Source: Acidaminococcus sp. (GTDB lineage Bacteria > Bacillota > Negativicutes > Acidaminococcales > Acidaminococcaceae). From it: 64,000 bases of DNA. The translations under genes were made by a program, and so were the position numbers. The notes below the pieces were generated by a model that worked only from the letters and a program-made list of their open reading frames with translations, was not told the origin of the DNA and searched no databases. The stretch is from NCBI RefSeq assembly GCF_050873445.1, contig NZ_JBNMIU010000004.1, forward strand, positions 2,092-66,091, in the 5' to 3' direction. Positions 8,964 to 18,764 of the stretch are shown piece after piece. Each line of letters starts with the position of its first letter. Position 1 is the stretch's first letter.

Positions 8964-10268
8964 ATGGAAATCTTAACCAACCCCATTGTCGTCTCGGTCA
9001 TCGTCATGGCCGTACTCTGCCTGCTGAAAATGAATGTGCTGTTCGCCATTTTGGCGGCGGCCATCGTAGCAGGTGCCACGGGTGGGCTGAACATCGACAA
9101 GACAGTCAGTGTCCTGATCGGCGGGATGGGCGGTAATTCGGAAACCGCTCTGAGTTATATCCTGCTGGGGACTCTGGCTGTAGCCATCGGGCAGTCCGGG
9201 CTGGCAGACATCGTCGCACGGAAAATCACCAAAGTGGTGGGAACGAAAAAAATCGCCTTTGTTTTCCTGATTGCTTTCGTTTCCTGTTTTTCCCAGAACC
9301 TGATCCCTGTCCACATCGCTTTCATCCCTATCCTGATTCCCCCGCTGCTGCTGGTGATGAACCACATGAAACTGGACCGGAGAGCAGTGGCCTGTGCCCT
9401 GACCTTTGGGCTGAAAGCACCGTACGTTTCCCTGCCGGTTGGTTTCGGGCTGCTGTTCATGACCATCATCAAAGATCAGATGGTTGCCAATAATGTACAG
9501 GTCGCCATCAGTGACATCTCTTCCGTGATGTGGATCGGCGGTGCTTCCATGCTGGTGGGCCTGGTGCTGGCCGTTATTTTCTACAGCCGTTCCCGGGAAT
9601 ACCAGGATCTGCCCATCATGGGCCAGGACGAACACGCTGACCAGACAGAAATGAATGCCGACTGCTGGAAGGCCCTGGCCGGGGCAGCAGCTGCTTTCAT
9701 AGCCCAGTTGTACTTCAAATCCCTGCCCATCGGTGCTATATGCGGTCTGCTGGTACTGCTGCTGACCGGCAGCATCAAATGGAACAAAATGGATCTTGTG
9801 GTCAATGACGGCGTCAAGATGATGGGCTTTATTGCTTTCGTCATGCTGGTAGCTGCCGGCTATGCCAACGTCCTGCGGGAAACCCACTCTGTGGAATCCC
9901 TGGTCATGGCTACAACCTCTATCATCAACACCAAGCTTGGCGGTGCCTTCCTGATGCTGGCCGTTGGACTGCTGATTACCATGGGTATCGGGACTTCCTT
10001 CGGGACCATCCCTGTAGTTGCTTCCATCTATATCCCCATGGGTCTGAAATTGGGCTTCGGGATTCCGTCCATCATCCTGCTGATTGGTGTGGCTGCAGCT
10101 CTGGGCGATGCCGGTTCCCCGGCTTCCGACTCCACACTGGGACCCACTTCCGGGCTCAATGCGGACGGACAGCATAATCACATCTGGGATACCTGCGTAC
10201 CCACGTTTCTTTTCTTCGATATCCCTCTGTTCATCGGCGGGCTGATCGGCGCCATGATCCTGGGCTGA
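8964..10268 (+). CDS. NhaC-superfamily membrane transporter, YuiF-like putative histidine permease
   Basis: 434 aa polytopic protein of the Na+/H+-antiporter-like family. It sits directly upstream of hutH. Substrate is inferred from context only. Confidence 0.7.
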   Translation: MEILTNPIVVSVIVMAVLCLLKMNVLFAILAAAIVAGATGGLNIDKTVSVLIGGMGGNSETALSYILLGTLAVAIGQSGLADIVARKITKVVGTKKIAFVFLIAFVSCFSQNLIPVHIAFIPILIPPLLLVMNHMKLDRRAVACALTFGLKAPYVSLPVGFGLLFMTIIKDQMVANNVQVAISDISSVMWIGGASMLVGLVLAVIFYSRSREYQDLPIMGQDEHADQTEMNADCWKALAGAAAAFIAQLYFKSLPIGAICGLLVLLLTGSIKWNKMDLVVNDGVKMMGFIAFVMLVAAGYANVLRETHSVESLVMATTSIINTKLGGAFLMLAVGLLITMGIGTSFGTIPVVASIYIPMGLKLGFGIPSIILLIGVAAALGDAGSPASDSTLGPTSGLNADGQHNHIWDTCVPTFLFFDIPLFIGGLIGAMILG

Positions 10269-10280
10269 TAGAATCAAAAA

Positions 10281-10302
10281 CAGGGGCTGTGTACAGCCCC
10301 TG
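10281..10302 (+). other. Intercistronic GC-rich hairpin without a U-tract
   Basis: CAGGGGCT (10281-10288) pairs with AGCCCCTG (10295-10302). It is followed by TCCTTCT rather than a T-run. Confidence 0.4.
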
Positions 10303-10361
10303 TCCTTCTAAAGGAATAAAAACAAAGATTCAGATACTGGAAATTAAAGGAGGATGCCATT

Positions 10362-11924
10362 ATGTTACTGAAAGATGTAAAAGCCATTAAAGAAGTTGTC
10401 CTGACCGGGAATGACCTGTCCCTGGAACAATTGATCGCTGTCAGCCGCTATGGTGCCAAATTATCTTTTGATCCGGATGCTGTAGCTCGCATCAAAGCTT
10501 CCCGTGCTCTGATCGATGACATCGTCAACAGCGACCGTGTGGTCTATGGTGTTACCACCGGGTTCGGCTCTCTCTGCCGGGTCCATATTTCTAAAGAAGA
10601 CTGCGCTCAGCTCCAGGAAAACCTGATCCGGACCCACTCCTGCGGCTATGGCAAACCTCTGAGTAAGGAAGTGACCCGGGCTGCTATGACCATTCGGGCC
10701 AACGCTCTGGTCAAAGGGTATTCCGGTATCCGTCTGTCCACCCTGCAGACTCTGGTAGATATGATTAACAAGGGTGTCCATCCCTACATCCCTGAAAAAG
10801 GCTCCCTGGGTGCTTCCGGCGATCTGGCGCCGCTGGCCCATATGGTACTGCCCATGCTGGGCCTGGGCGATGCCGAATACCAGGGCACGCTGATGCCGGG
10901 CAGGGAAGCCATGGAAAAGGCCGGTATCCCCATCATCCATCTGGAAGCCAAGGAAGGTCTGGCTTTGATTAACGGTACACCAATCCTGACTGCCATGGGT
11001 GTGTTTGCCCTGTGGGAAGGCATGAGCCTGCTGAAACAGAGCGATATTGCCGCTGCTCTTTCCATTGAAGCACAGCGGGGCATCATCGATGCTTTCGATG
11101 AACGGCTCCACGTAATCCGTCCTCACAGAGGACAGTTGGATACTGCTTATAACATGCGCAGCCTGCTGAAGGGAAGTACCTATGTGACCCATCAGGGCCA
11201 GCTGAAGGTACAGGATGCCTACTGTCTGCGCTGCGTGCCTCAGATCCACGGAGCCAGCAAGGATGCCCTGGGCTTCGTGAAGGACAAGGTTGATATTGAA
11301 ATCAATGCAGCTACGGATAATCCCATCGTCCTGCCGGATGGCGATGTAATCTCCGGCGGCAACTTCCATGGAGAACCCATGGCTCTGCCCTTCGACTTCC
11401 TGGGCATCGGCATTTCGGAAATCGCCAACGTGTCCGAACGGCGTCTGGAACGGCTGATCAATAACTCCCTGAGCGGATTCCCGTCCTTCCTTGTGAAACA
11501 TTCCGGCCTGAACTCCGGTTTCATGATTACCCAATATGCCGCTGCCGCACTGGTCAGTGAAAACAAAGTCCTGGCCCATCCTGCTTCTGTTGACTCCATT
11601 CCTTCCTGCGAAAATCAGGAAGACCTGGTCAGCATGGGTGCCCATGCTGCACGGAAAGCCGGTGAAATTGCCTTCAACGCCCGCCGGGTGGTGGCAACTG
11701 AAATCCTGGCTGCCTGCCAGGCCATCGATCTGCGGGAAGGCGAAGGGTTCAAGCTGGGTGCCGGTACTCAGGCTGCTTATGACGCCGTACGGAAAACCAA
11801 TGATTTCATTGCTTACGATAAAGACATCGAGATGTTCAAAGAACTGGAAAAGATCACCGATCTGGTCCAGAGCGGCGGCATCCTGGATGCGGTAGAAGAC
11901 AAAGTCGACCTGAAATTCTTCTAA
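10362..11924 (+). CDS. hutH: Histidine ammonia-lyase
   Basis: 520 aa with the MIO-forming motif GSLGASGDLAPLAH. Confidence 0.95.
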   Translation: MLLKDVKAIKEVVLTGNDLSLEQLIAVSRYGAKLSFDPDAVARIKASRALIDDIVNSDRVVYGVTTGFGSLCRVHISKEDCAQLQENLIRTHSCGYGKPLSKEVTRAAMTIRANALVKGYSGIRLSTLQTLVDMINKGVHPYIPEKGSLGASGDLAPLAHMVLPMLGLGDAEYQGTLMPGREAMEKAGIPIIHLEAKEGLALINGTPILTAMGVFALWEGMSLLKQSDIAAALSIEAQRGIIDAFDERLHVIRPHRGQLDTAYNMRSLLKGSTYVTHQGQLKVQDAYCLRCVPQIHGASKDALGFVKDKVDIEINAATDNPIVLPDGDVISGGNFHGEPMALPFDFLGIGISEIANVSERRLERLINNSLSGFPSFLVKHSGLNSGFMITQYAAAALVSENKVLAHPASVDSIPSCENQEDLVSMGAHAARKAGEIAFNARRVVATEILAACQAIDLREGEGFKLGAGTQAAYDAVRKTNDFIAYDKDIEMFKELEKITDLVQSGGILDAVEDKVDLKFF

Positions 11925-11957
11925 TACAGACAACTCCCTTATCTCCATCCCTTCATC

Positions 11958-11996
11958 AAAGAGCTGTGGACACGCATCCACAGCTCTTTTCTTTTC
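11958..11996 (+). terminator. Intrinsic terminator after hutH
   Basis: GAGCTGTGGA (11961-11970) pairs with TCCACAGCTC (11977-11986), followed by TTTTCTTTT. Confidence 0.7.
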
Positions 11997-12199
11997 TCCC
12001 GGCAGACAGTCGTTTTTTTGATTTTCTTTTGACGGAATTGGAAGAAAACGTCCAGAGAATGGACGGAAAATCACAGAATTTTTTCTGGAAGAAGAGGGAG
12101 AATTGGACGTTTTTCCGATGAAGGTTCCGTACAATAAAGACGTAATCAGAAAGGAAAGCACGTTTCCTCAAGAAACATACTGAAAAGGAGTGGTTCAAT

Positions 12200-14248
12200 A
12201 TGAAAAATGAAGACATCGGAAAAGCCATGACGATCAAATTGGAGTTCCCCAACGGACTGCCGAAACCAAAACCTTTCCAGGAAGGCATTCGCCGGGCTCC
12301 GGATCGTGGCTTCCGTCTGACGCCTGCCCAGACTGAAATCGCTCTGAAAAACGCACTGCGGTACATCCCTGAAAAATACCATGAAGAACTGATCCCGGAA
12401 TTCCTGGAAGAACTGACTACCCGGGGCCGGATCTATGGCTATCGATTCCGTCCGGAAGGCCGAATTTATGGGAAACCCATTGATGAATATAAAGGCAAAT
12501 GCACCGAAGGCAAGGCCTTCCAGGTGATGATCGACAACAACCTGGACTTTGAAGTGGCCCTGTATCCGTATGAACTGGTAACCTACGGTGAAACCGGCAG
12601 CGTGTGCCATGACTGGATGCAATACCTGCTGATTAAAAAATACCTGGAGAACATGACACCGGACCAGACTCTGGTCATGGAATCCGGCCATCCCCTGGGC
12701 CTGTTCCATTCCAAACCGGAAGCTCCCCGGGTCATCATCACCAACGGCCTGATGATTGGTGAATATGACAATCTGAAAGACTGGGAAATCGCTGAAGAAA
12801 TGGGCGTCGCCAACTACGGGCAGATGACCGCGGGCGGCTGGATGTACATCGGGCCGCAAGGAATCGTGCATGGCACATTCAATACTATTTTGAATGCCGG
12901 CCGTATGAAACTGGGTATCCCTGAAGATGGGGACTTGGGTGGCAAGCTGTTCATCACATCCGGGCTGGGCGGCATGAGCGGTGCTCAGGGCAAGGCGGCA
13001 GAAATTGCCAACTGCACAGCCATCGTTGCCGAAGTGGATGCCTCCCGGATCAAGACCCGTCTGGATCAGGGCTGGATCTCCGGCGTATCCGATTCTCTGC
13101 CGGAAGTATTCGACCTGGCTCATAAATCCATGGCTGAAAAGAAAGGCAAAGCCTACGCATACCATGGCAACATCGTGGATCTGCTGGAATACATCGTGGA
13201 TCATAACATCCATGTGGACCTGGTTTCCGACCAGACTTCCTGCCATAATGCCTACAACGGCGGTTACTGCCCGCAGGGTCTGACTTTTGAACAGCGGACC
13301 CAGATGCTGGCTGAGGATCCCAAATATTTCCGTGAACTGGTGGACAAAACCCTCCATGCCCACTTTGCAGCTCTGAAAAAGATTACTGCCCGCGGTGTAT
13401 ACTTCTTCGATTATGGCAACTCTTTCATGAAGGCTGTGTTCGATTCCGGCGTGAAGGAAATCTCCAAGAACGGTGTGGACGATAAAGACGGGTTCATCTG
13501 GCCGTCCTACGTAGAAGATATCATGGGGCCGCAGCTGTTCGACTATGGCTATGGACCGTTCCGCTGGGTCTGCCTGTCCGGCAAACCGGAAGACCTGCAT
13601 AAGACCGATATGGCAGCCATGAGCTGCATCGACGTGAACCGCCGGTATCAGGATCGGGATAACTACAACTGGATCCGTGACGCCGAAAAGAACAAACTGG
13701 TGGTAGGTACCCAGGCTCGTATCCTGTACCAGGATGAAGTAGGTCGTGTGAAGATTGCCTTGAAATTCAATGAACTGGTCCGCAAAGGCGAAATCGGGCC
13801 TGTGATGATGGGACGTGACCATCACGATGTATCCGGTACGGATTCTCCGTTCCGTGAAACCAGTAACATCAAAGACGGGTCTAATGTGATGGCCGATATG
13901 GCTGTACAGTGCTTCGCCGGGAACGCAGCCAGAGGCATGAGCCTGTGTGCCCTGCACAATGGCGGCGGCGTAGGGATCGGCAAGGCAATCAACGGCGGCT
14001 TTGGGCTGGTGCTGGATGGCAGCCATCGGGTAGACGAAATCATCCGCAGTTCCCTGAGCTGGGATGTAATCAGCGGTGTAGCCCGCCGGAGCTGGGCACG
14101 GAATGAACACGCTATGGAAACTGCGCTGGAATTCAACCAGACTCGTCTGGGCGTCGGACAGATTACTCTGCCTTACCTGACGGACGAAGCCAAGATCAAA
14201 GATGCAGTGGCCAGGGTATATCCGAACGCCCATGTAATCAAAGACTGA
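12200..14248 (+). CDS. hutU: Urocanate hydratase
   Basis: 682 aa with the urocanase NAD-binding motif TSGLGGMSGAQ. Long anaerobe-type form. Confidence 0.95.
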   Translation: MKNEDIGKAMTIKLEFPNGLPKPKPFQEGIRRAPDRGFRLTPAQTEIALKNALRYIPEKYHEELIPEFLEELTTRGRIYGYRFRPEGRIYGKPIDEYKGKCTEGKAFQVMIDNNLDFEVALYPYELVTYGETGSVCHDWMQYLLIKKYLENMTPDQTLVMESGHPLGLFHSKPEAPRVIITNGLMIGEYDNLKDWEIAEEMGVANYGQMTAGGWMYIGPQGIVHGTFNTILNAGRMKLGIPEDGDLGGKLFITSGLGGMSGAQGKAAEIANCTAIVAEVDASRIKTRLDQGWISGVSDSLPEVFDLAHKSMAEKKGKAYAYHGNIVDLLEYIVDHNIHVDLVSDQTSCHNAYNGGYCPQGLTFEQRTQMLAEDPKYFRELVDKTLHAHFAALKKITARGVYFFDYGNSFMKAVFDSGVKEISKNGVDDKDGFIWPSYVEDIMGPQLFDYGYGPFRWVCLSGKPEDLHKTDMAAMSCIDVNRRYQDRDNYNWIRDAEKNKLVVGTQARILYQDEVGRVKIALKFNELVRKGEIGPVMMGRDHHDVSGTDSPFRETSNIKDGSNVMADMAVQCFAGNAARGMSLCALHNGGGVGIGKAINGGFGLVLDGSHRVDEIIRSSLSWDVISGVARRSWARNEHAMETALEFNQTRLGVGQITLPYLTDEAKIKDAVARVYPNAHVIKD

Positions 14249-14270
14249 CTGAGGATTTGAACAACAGGAA

Positions 14271-14299
14271 AAGATTGCCGCCTTACGGGCGGCAATCTT
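14271..14299 (+). other. 12-bp hairpin abutting the hutI RBS (weak terminator or mRNA-processing/stability element)
   Basis: AAGATTGCCGCC pairs with GGCGGCAATCTT, loop TTACG. Only TTTGT follows, and AAGGAGG begins 4 nt later. Confidence 0.4.
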
Positions 14300-14315
14300 T
14301 GTAAGGAGGAAGACT

Positions 14316-15557
14316 ATGAACGATCGCCTGCTCATCAAAAATGCAGCCCAAATCGTCACCCCGCTGGGGAAGACTGCCCGCCGGGGCCGGGAAATGAAAC
14401 AGCTGAAAATCTATGAGAATCAGTCCATCTTGATTGAAAACGGGAAGATCCGCAGCATCGGAAATCAGCCAGACTGGGAAAAGCTGGTGCCGGCGGACAA
14501 ACAGATCGATGCCCGGGGCAAAGCTGTACTCCCCGGCTTTGTGGATTCCCATACCCATCTGGTGTTCGGTGGGTATCGGCCCGATGAATTCCTGTGGCGT
14601 ATGGAAGGCATGAGCTACATGGAAATCATGGAACGGGGAGGCGGTATCCTAAATACTATGAAAGCCACCCGTGAAGCCAGCGAAGAAGAGCTGGTAGACC
14701 ACAGCATGGACTTTTTGAAGAAGATGCTGGCCATGGGGGTCACTACCGTGGAAGCCAAGAGCGGTTATGGCCAGGATCATGATACGGAAATCAAACAGAT
14801 GAAAGTGGTGCAGGAGCTGAACAGCCGCCAGCCCATCGAACTGGTTTCCACGTTCCTTGGAGCTCATGCAGTCCCGCCGGAATTCAAGGACCGGGGCGAT
14901 GACTTCATTGAATTCCTGTTGAAAAACGTGATGCCGGAAGTGGCCAGGGACCATCTGGCAGAATTCTGCGATGTGTTCTGTGAAAAAGGGGTATTTTCCA
15001 TTGAGCAGAGCCGTCATCTTCTTCAGGAAGCACGGAAGATGGGTTTTAAACTAAAAATCCATGCAGATGAAATTGTCAGCCTGGGCGGCGCTGAACTGGC
15101 GGGTGAACTCCATGCCACCAGTGCCGATCATCTGCTCCATGCCAGCGATGCGGGAATCAAGGCCATGGCCGAAAACGGTGTGGTGTCCACTCTGCTGCCC
15201 ACTACGGCCTTCTGCCTGAAGGAACCCTTTGCCCGAGCAAGGAAAATGATCGATGCGGGCTGTGCCGTAGCCCTGGCTACGGACTTCAATCCCGGCAGCG
15301 GTTTTACCTTTTCGGTACCGCTGATGATCGGGCTGGCTGTGATCTACATGAAAATGACGGCGGAGGAAGCCATTACGGCTTTGACCTTGAATGGGGCAGC
15401 AGCTGTGGACCGGGCAGATCGGATCGGTTCCCTGGAACCGGGGAAACAGGCTGATCTGGTGATTCTCCAGTATCCGTCCTATAAATTCCTGCCCTATCAT
15501 ACGGGCATCAACATTGTGGAAATGGTGGTCAAGAACGGCAAAGTGGTGGTCCGCTGA
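14316..15557 (+). CDS. hutI: Imidazolonepropionase
   Basis: 413 aa amidohydrolase with the VDSHTHLVFGG metal-binding motif. Confidence 0.95.
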   Translation: MNDRLLIKNAAQIVTPLGKTARRGREMKQLKIYENQSILIENGKIRSIGNQPDWEKLVPADKQIDARGKAVLPGFVDSHTHLVFGGYRPDEFLWRMEGMSYMEIMERGGGILNTMKATREASEEELVDHSMDFLKKMLAMGVTTVEAKSGYGQDHDTEIKQMKVVQELNSRQPIELVSTFLGAHAVPPEFKDRGDDFIEFLLKNVMPEVARDHLAEFCDVFCEKGVFSIEQSRHLLQEARKMGFKLKIHADEIVSLGGAELAGELHATSADHLLHASDAGIKAMAENGVVSTLLPTTAFCLKEPFARARKMIDAGCAVALATDFNPGSGFTFSVPLMIGLAVIYMKMTAEEAITALTLNGAAAVDRADRIGSLEPGKQADLVILQYPSYKFLPYHTGINIVEMVVKNGKVVVR

Positions 15558-15574
15558 GCCGGAAAGACTTGAAA

Positions 15575-15612
15575 CGGCGGGCGTGCGGAAACGCACGTCC
15601 TGCTTTTTTTTG
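15575..15612 (+). terminator. Strong intrinsic terminator after hutI
   Basis: GGGCGTGCG GAAA CGCACGTCC followed by T8. Confidence 0.85.
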
Positions 15613-15713
15613 TAGTGATTTTATATTATAATAAAAAATAGACTATTGTAACGATTGAGGGGATTTCGCTGATGGACTGAATTCAGCCAATTTTTCTTAA
15701 TGAGGTGCAGGCC

Positions 15714-18700
15714 ATGTCGAGTCTGATTGAAGCAAGATTTCTGGGGGCTCCGGTCATCCGGAAAGATGGAAAAGAGATTTTCTTTCCCTATAACAAAGTC
15801 AATGCATTGGTTTACTATATCCTGGTCAAGGGGACGGTCCTGCGGGATGAGCTCAGTGGTATCTTGTGGGCGGACAAGTCCGATGCCATGGCCCGGAAGA
15901 ATCTGCGGAATGCCCTGTATGAAACAAAAAAAATCATGGGGGCGGATGTATTCATCTCACCCCGAAAGGCCATCATCAAGGTCAATCCGGATATTCAGGT
16001 GAAGGTGGATGTGAAGGACTTCGAGGCAGATCCGGGGCGAAATCTGGATCTGTACCAGGGGTCTTTTCTTCAGGGATTTTTCATCAAGGATGCCGAAGAA
16101 TATGAAAGCTGGTATCTGACAGAACGGGACCGGCTGGAGAGCCTGTACATGGAGGCTTTGCTCCAGAAACTGAAGGATGCAGTGGCGGTGCGGAACCTGC
16201 CGCAGGTGACCCGCTATGGGCGTATGCTGCTAAAACATGATCCCTACGATGAATCCATTTATACCCTGCTGCTTCAGACTTATTGCGAACAGGGGAACAT
16301 GAAGCAGGCCACCGAGCTGTATGAGGAAATGAAGGCCCTGTTCCGGGAGGAACTCCAGACCAGTGTCCCGCCGGAAATCGAAAAGCTCATGCGGGAGCAT
16401 CTTCAGCAGGAAAAAACAAAAGAAACGGCAGAACCTCGGAAAATCCAGGGGGATATTCCTGGACGGGAAACAGAACTGGACCAGCTCAATGGAGCGCTGG
16501 AACAGTTCCTTTCCGGAAAATCTTCCCGGACCCTGCTGCTGCAGGGGGATGCGGGCAGCGGCAAGACCAGCCTGAAGGATGTTCTGGTGCGGGAGCTGCC
16601 ACCGGATGTAGCGGTGATCCAAACCAATTGCTTCAAACCGGAACAGAACATCCCGCTGCGGCCCTGGACCGGTATCGTGGAGGGACTGGACAGCCTGGTC
16701 CGCCGGGAGAACATCAGGATTCCCAATATGGAACCGGGGAAACTCAGCGATCTGTTCCCGCAGATGGATATGAGCGGTGACCGGGAAGCCGGGCTGGGCG
16801 AAATCAAGGACCTGCTGAAATTCGATGCAGTGTTCCATACTCTGTATACGGTACTGGAGAATGCGGCTAAGGCAAGGAGAATCCTGCTGATTTTTGAGGA
16901 TATCCACTGGATGGATTCCCTGAGCCTGTCCCTGCTCAGCAGCCTGATCCTCCATAAACGGTCCGATCGGTTCCTGTTCCTTTTGACGGCCCAGCCCTCC
17001 CGGGAAAAGAATTACCAGCAGTTCGAGACGTCAGTGACCATGTACCACAAGCTGCAGGTGCTGGAACTGAAGCCTCTGGACAAAGAGGGTATCCGGCAGT
17101 ATGCCAGCCGGACCGGGCTGACTGTGCCCGTGGATGGCAATCTGGTGCAGCGGCTCTGGGAGGAATCTGAAGGAAATCTGTTCCTGCTGCGGGAATGCCT
17201 CATGGCTCTGAAGACCACCGGCAGCCTGGATAATCTGACAGAGAACATGCGGAATATTTTCAGGGCCAGCTGCTTTGCTTTGACGGATAACCAGCAGAAA
17301 ATCCTGGACTTTATTTCCCTGTTCTATGACGGAGCACCGCTGGCCATGATCTCCGAATATATGCACATGAACAACCTGCAGACCCTGGAGAATATGGAGA
17401 GCCTGCGCAAGGCCAACTTTATCCGGCCAGTGCCTCAGCAGCCGGAGGTAATCTATAAACTGGTCCACCAGAAAATGAAAGATTATCTCCAGCAGCAGAT
17501 TTCCGTGGACAAGCAGCGGATCCTTCACAGTTACATTGCCAGTCTGTGGGAAAAAAGGCTGACCCATTCGCCTCAGGATATCCGGCTGTACCACCATCTG
17601 GAGTACCATTACCAGGAGGCCGGTGAGCTGGTGAACATGGGGCGGTATAAACTGAAAATCCTCATGTACTACCTGAACTTCAGCAATGAACTGTTCCCAG
17701 TGCTCAGCAGCACGGAACTGGTTCCGGATGACACCAAGAGCCGTTTCATCGAGACCAATCTGGACCAATTCCTGGCGGAAGTGGACGAGATGATGCATAC
17801 CATCAAACGGACCTGCGGAGAGACTCCGGAAGTGAAGGAACTGGAGATGACCTATCTTCATCTCATGGGCCGTCACTACATCCGTGTAGGGGAATATGAA
17901 AAGGGTGTCCGGAACATCCTGAGCCTGATCGAACAGGCAGCAGAGATCCACAACCGGGATTATATGCTCATGGGCTATAAGCAGATGATTTACTACGATA
18001 TCCAGATCGGCAACACGGAAGAAATGAAAAACTATCTGGAAGTGGCCCTGAACCTGGCTGACGAATGCAATTACCACAAGGAAATGGGCATCCTGCTGCG
18101 GCTGAAGGGTCTGAACATGATCATGCAGGGAAACTTCCCGGAAGCGGAGCGACTGCTGAGAGAGTCCATCTCCACCTTTACAGTGACTCAGAATGTGCAG
18201 CACCGGTATGCACTGAACATCGCCGGAGCTTATAATTATCTGGGGGAAATCCGACGGGGTGAGGGAAAATTCCAGGAAGCCCTGGACGAGTACAAAAAGG
18301 CTCTTGAATATGCCAAAGGGCAGGAGGCCTACAGCAGCTGGGTGGTATTTTCCTGCAATGCCGGGGTGGCCTGCTACAATATGGGCCGTTACCCGGAGGC
18401 CCGGAAGTATTTCCTCCAGGCCTATGAATTGTTCCCCCGCTATGTGTTTTACTGGCGGCATCCCATCGTGGAATCCTACCTGGCGCTGCTCTCCATGCGG
18501 AAACAGCAGGAAAAGGAAGCAATCAGCTATCTGGATGATGCTCTCCATAAATTGGGCAATATGAACAATCCCCGGGAAGCTGGTTATGTATATATGGCCA
18601 TTGCGCTGCTGAAACAGAACTATCCGGACAGCCGGATCACCAGCCATTATGAGGGATCGGTGGCCTCTTATGCCACACGGGCCCTCCAGGTGCTGGATCC

Positions 18701-18746
18701 TTATCGGGACTCCTGGGAACGGCAGCAATTGGAAGCATTGTTTTGA
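15714..18746 (+). CDS. Large SARP/BTAD-family transcriptional regulator with P-loop NTPase and TPR-like C-terminus (STAND/AfsR-like architecture)
   Basis: N-terminal winged-helix + BTAD-like region (FLGAPVIRKDGKEI...NALVYYILVKG...ARKNLRNALYE; LLKHDPYDESIYTLLLQTYCEQGNMKQATELYEEMK). Walker A is GDAGSGKTS and Walker B-like is LLIFEDIHWMD. Helical repeats fill the last ~400 aa. ATG at 15714 has GAGG 8 nt upstream. Confidence 0.8.
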   Translation: MSSLIEARFLGAPVIRKDGKEIFFPYNKVNALVYYILVKGTVLRDELSGILWADKSDAMARKNLRNALYETKKIMGADVFISPRKAIIKVNPDIQVKVDVKDFEADPGRNLDLYQGSFLQGFFIKDAEEYESWYLTERDRLESLYMEALLQKLKDAVAVRNLPQVTRYGRMLLKHDPYDESIYTLLLQTYCEQGNMKQATELYEEMKALFREELQTSVPPEIEKLMREHLQQEKTKETAEPRKIQGDIPGRETELDQLNGALEQFLSGKSSRTLLLQGDAGSGKTSLKDVLVRELPPDVAVIQTNCFKPEQNIPLRPWTGIVEGLDSLVRRENIRIPNMEPGKLSDLFPQMDMSGDREAGLGEIKDLLKFDAVFHTLYTVLENAAKARRILLIFEDIHWMDSLSLSLLSSLILHKRSDRFLFLLTAQPSREKNYQQFETSVTMYHKLQVLELKPLDKEGIRQYASRTGLTVPVDGNLVQRLWEESEGNLFLLRECLMALKTTGSLDNLTENMRNIFRASCFALTDNQQKILDFISLFYDGAPLAMISEYMHMNNLQTLENMESLRKANFIRPVPQQPEVIYKLVHQKMKDYLQQQISVDKQRILHSYIASLWEKRLTHSPQDIRLYHHLEYHYQEAGELVNMGRYKLKILMYYLNFSNELFPVLSSTELVPDDTKSRFIETNLDQFLAEVDEMMHTIKRTCGETPEVKELEMTYLHLMGRHYIRVGEYEKGVRNILSLIEQAAEIHNRDYMLMGYKQMIYYDIQIGNTEEMKNYLEVALNLADECNYHKEMGILLRLKGLNMIMQGNFPEAERLLRESISTFTVTQNVQHRYALNIAGAYNYLGEIRRGEGKFQEALDEYKKALEYAKGQEAYSSWVVFSCNAGVACYNMGRYPEARKYFLQAYELFPRYVFYWRHPIVESYLALLSMRKQQEKEAISYLDDALHKLGNMNNPREAGYVYMAIALLKQNYPDSRITSHYEGSVASYATRALQVLDPYRDSWERQQLEALF

Positions 18747-18764
18747 ATGAGGGAGGAATGGAAA

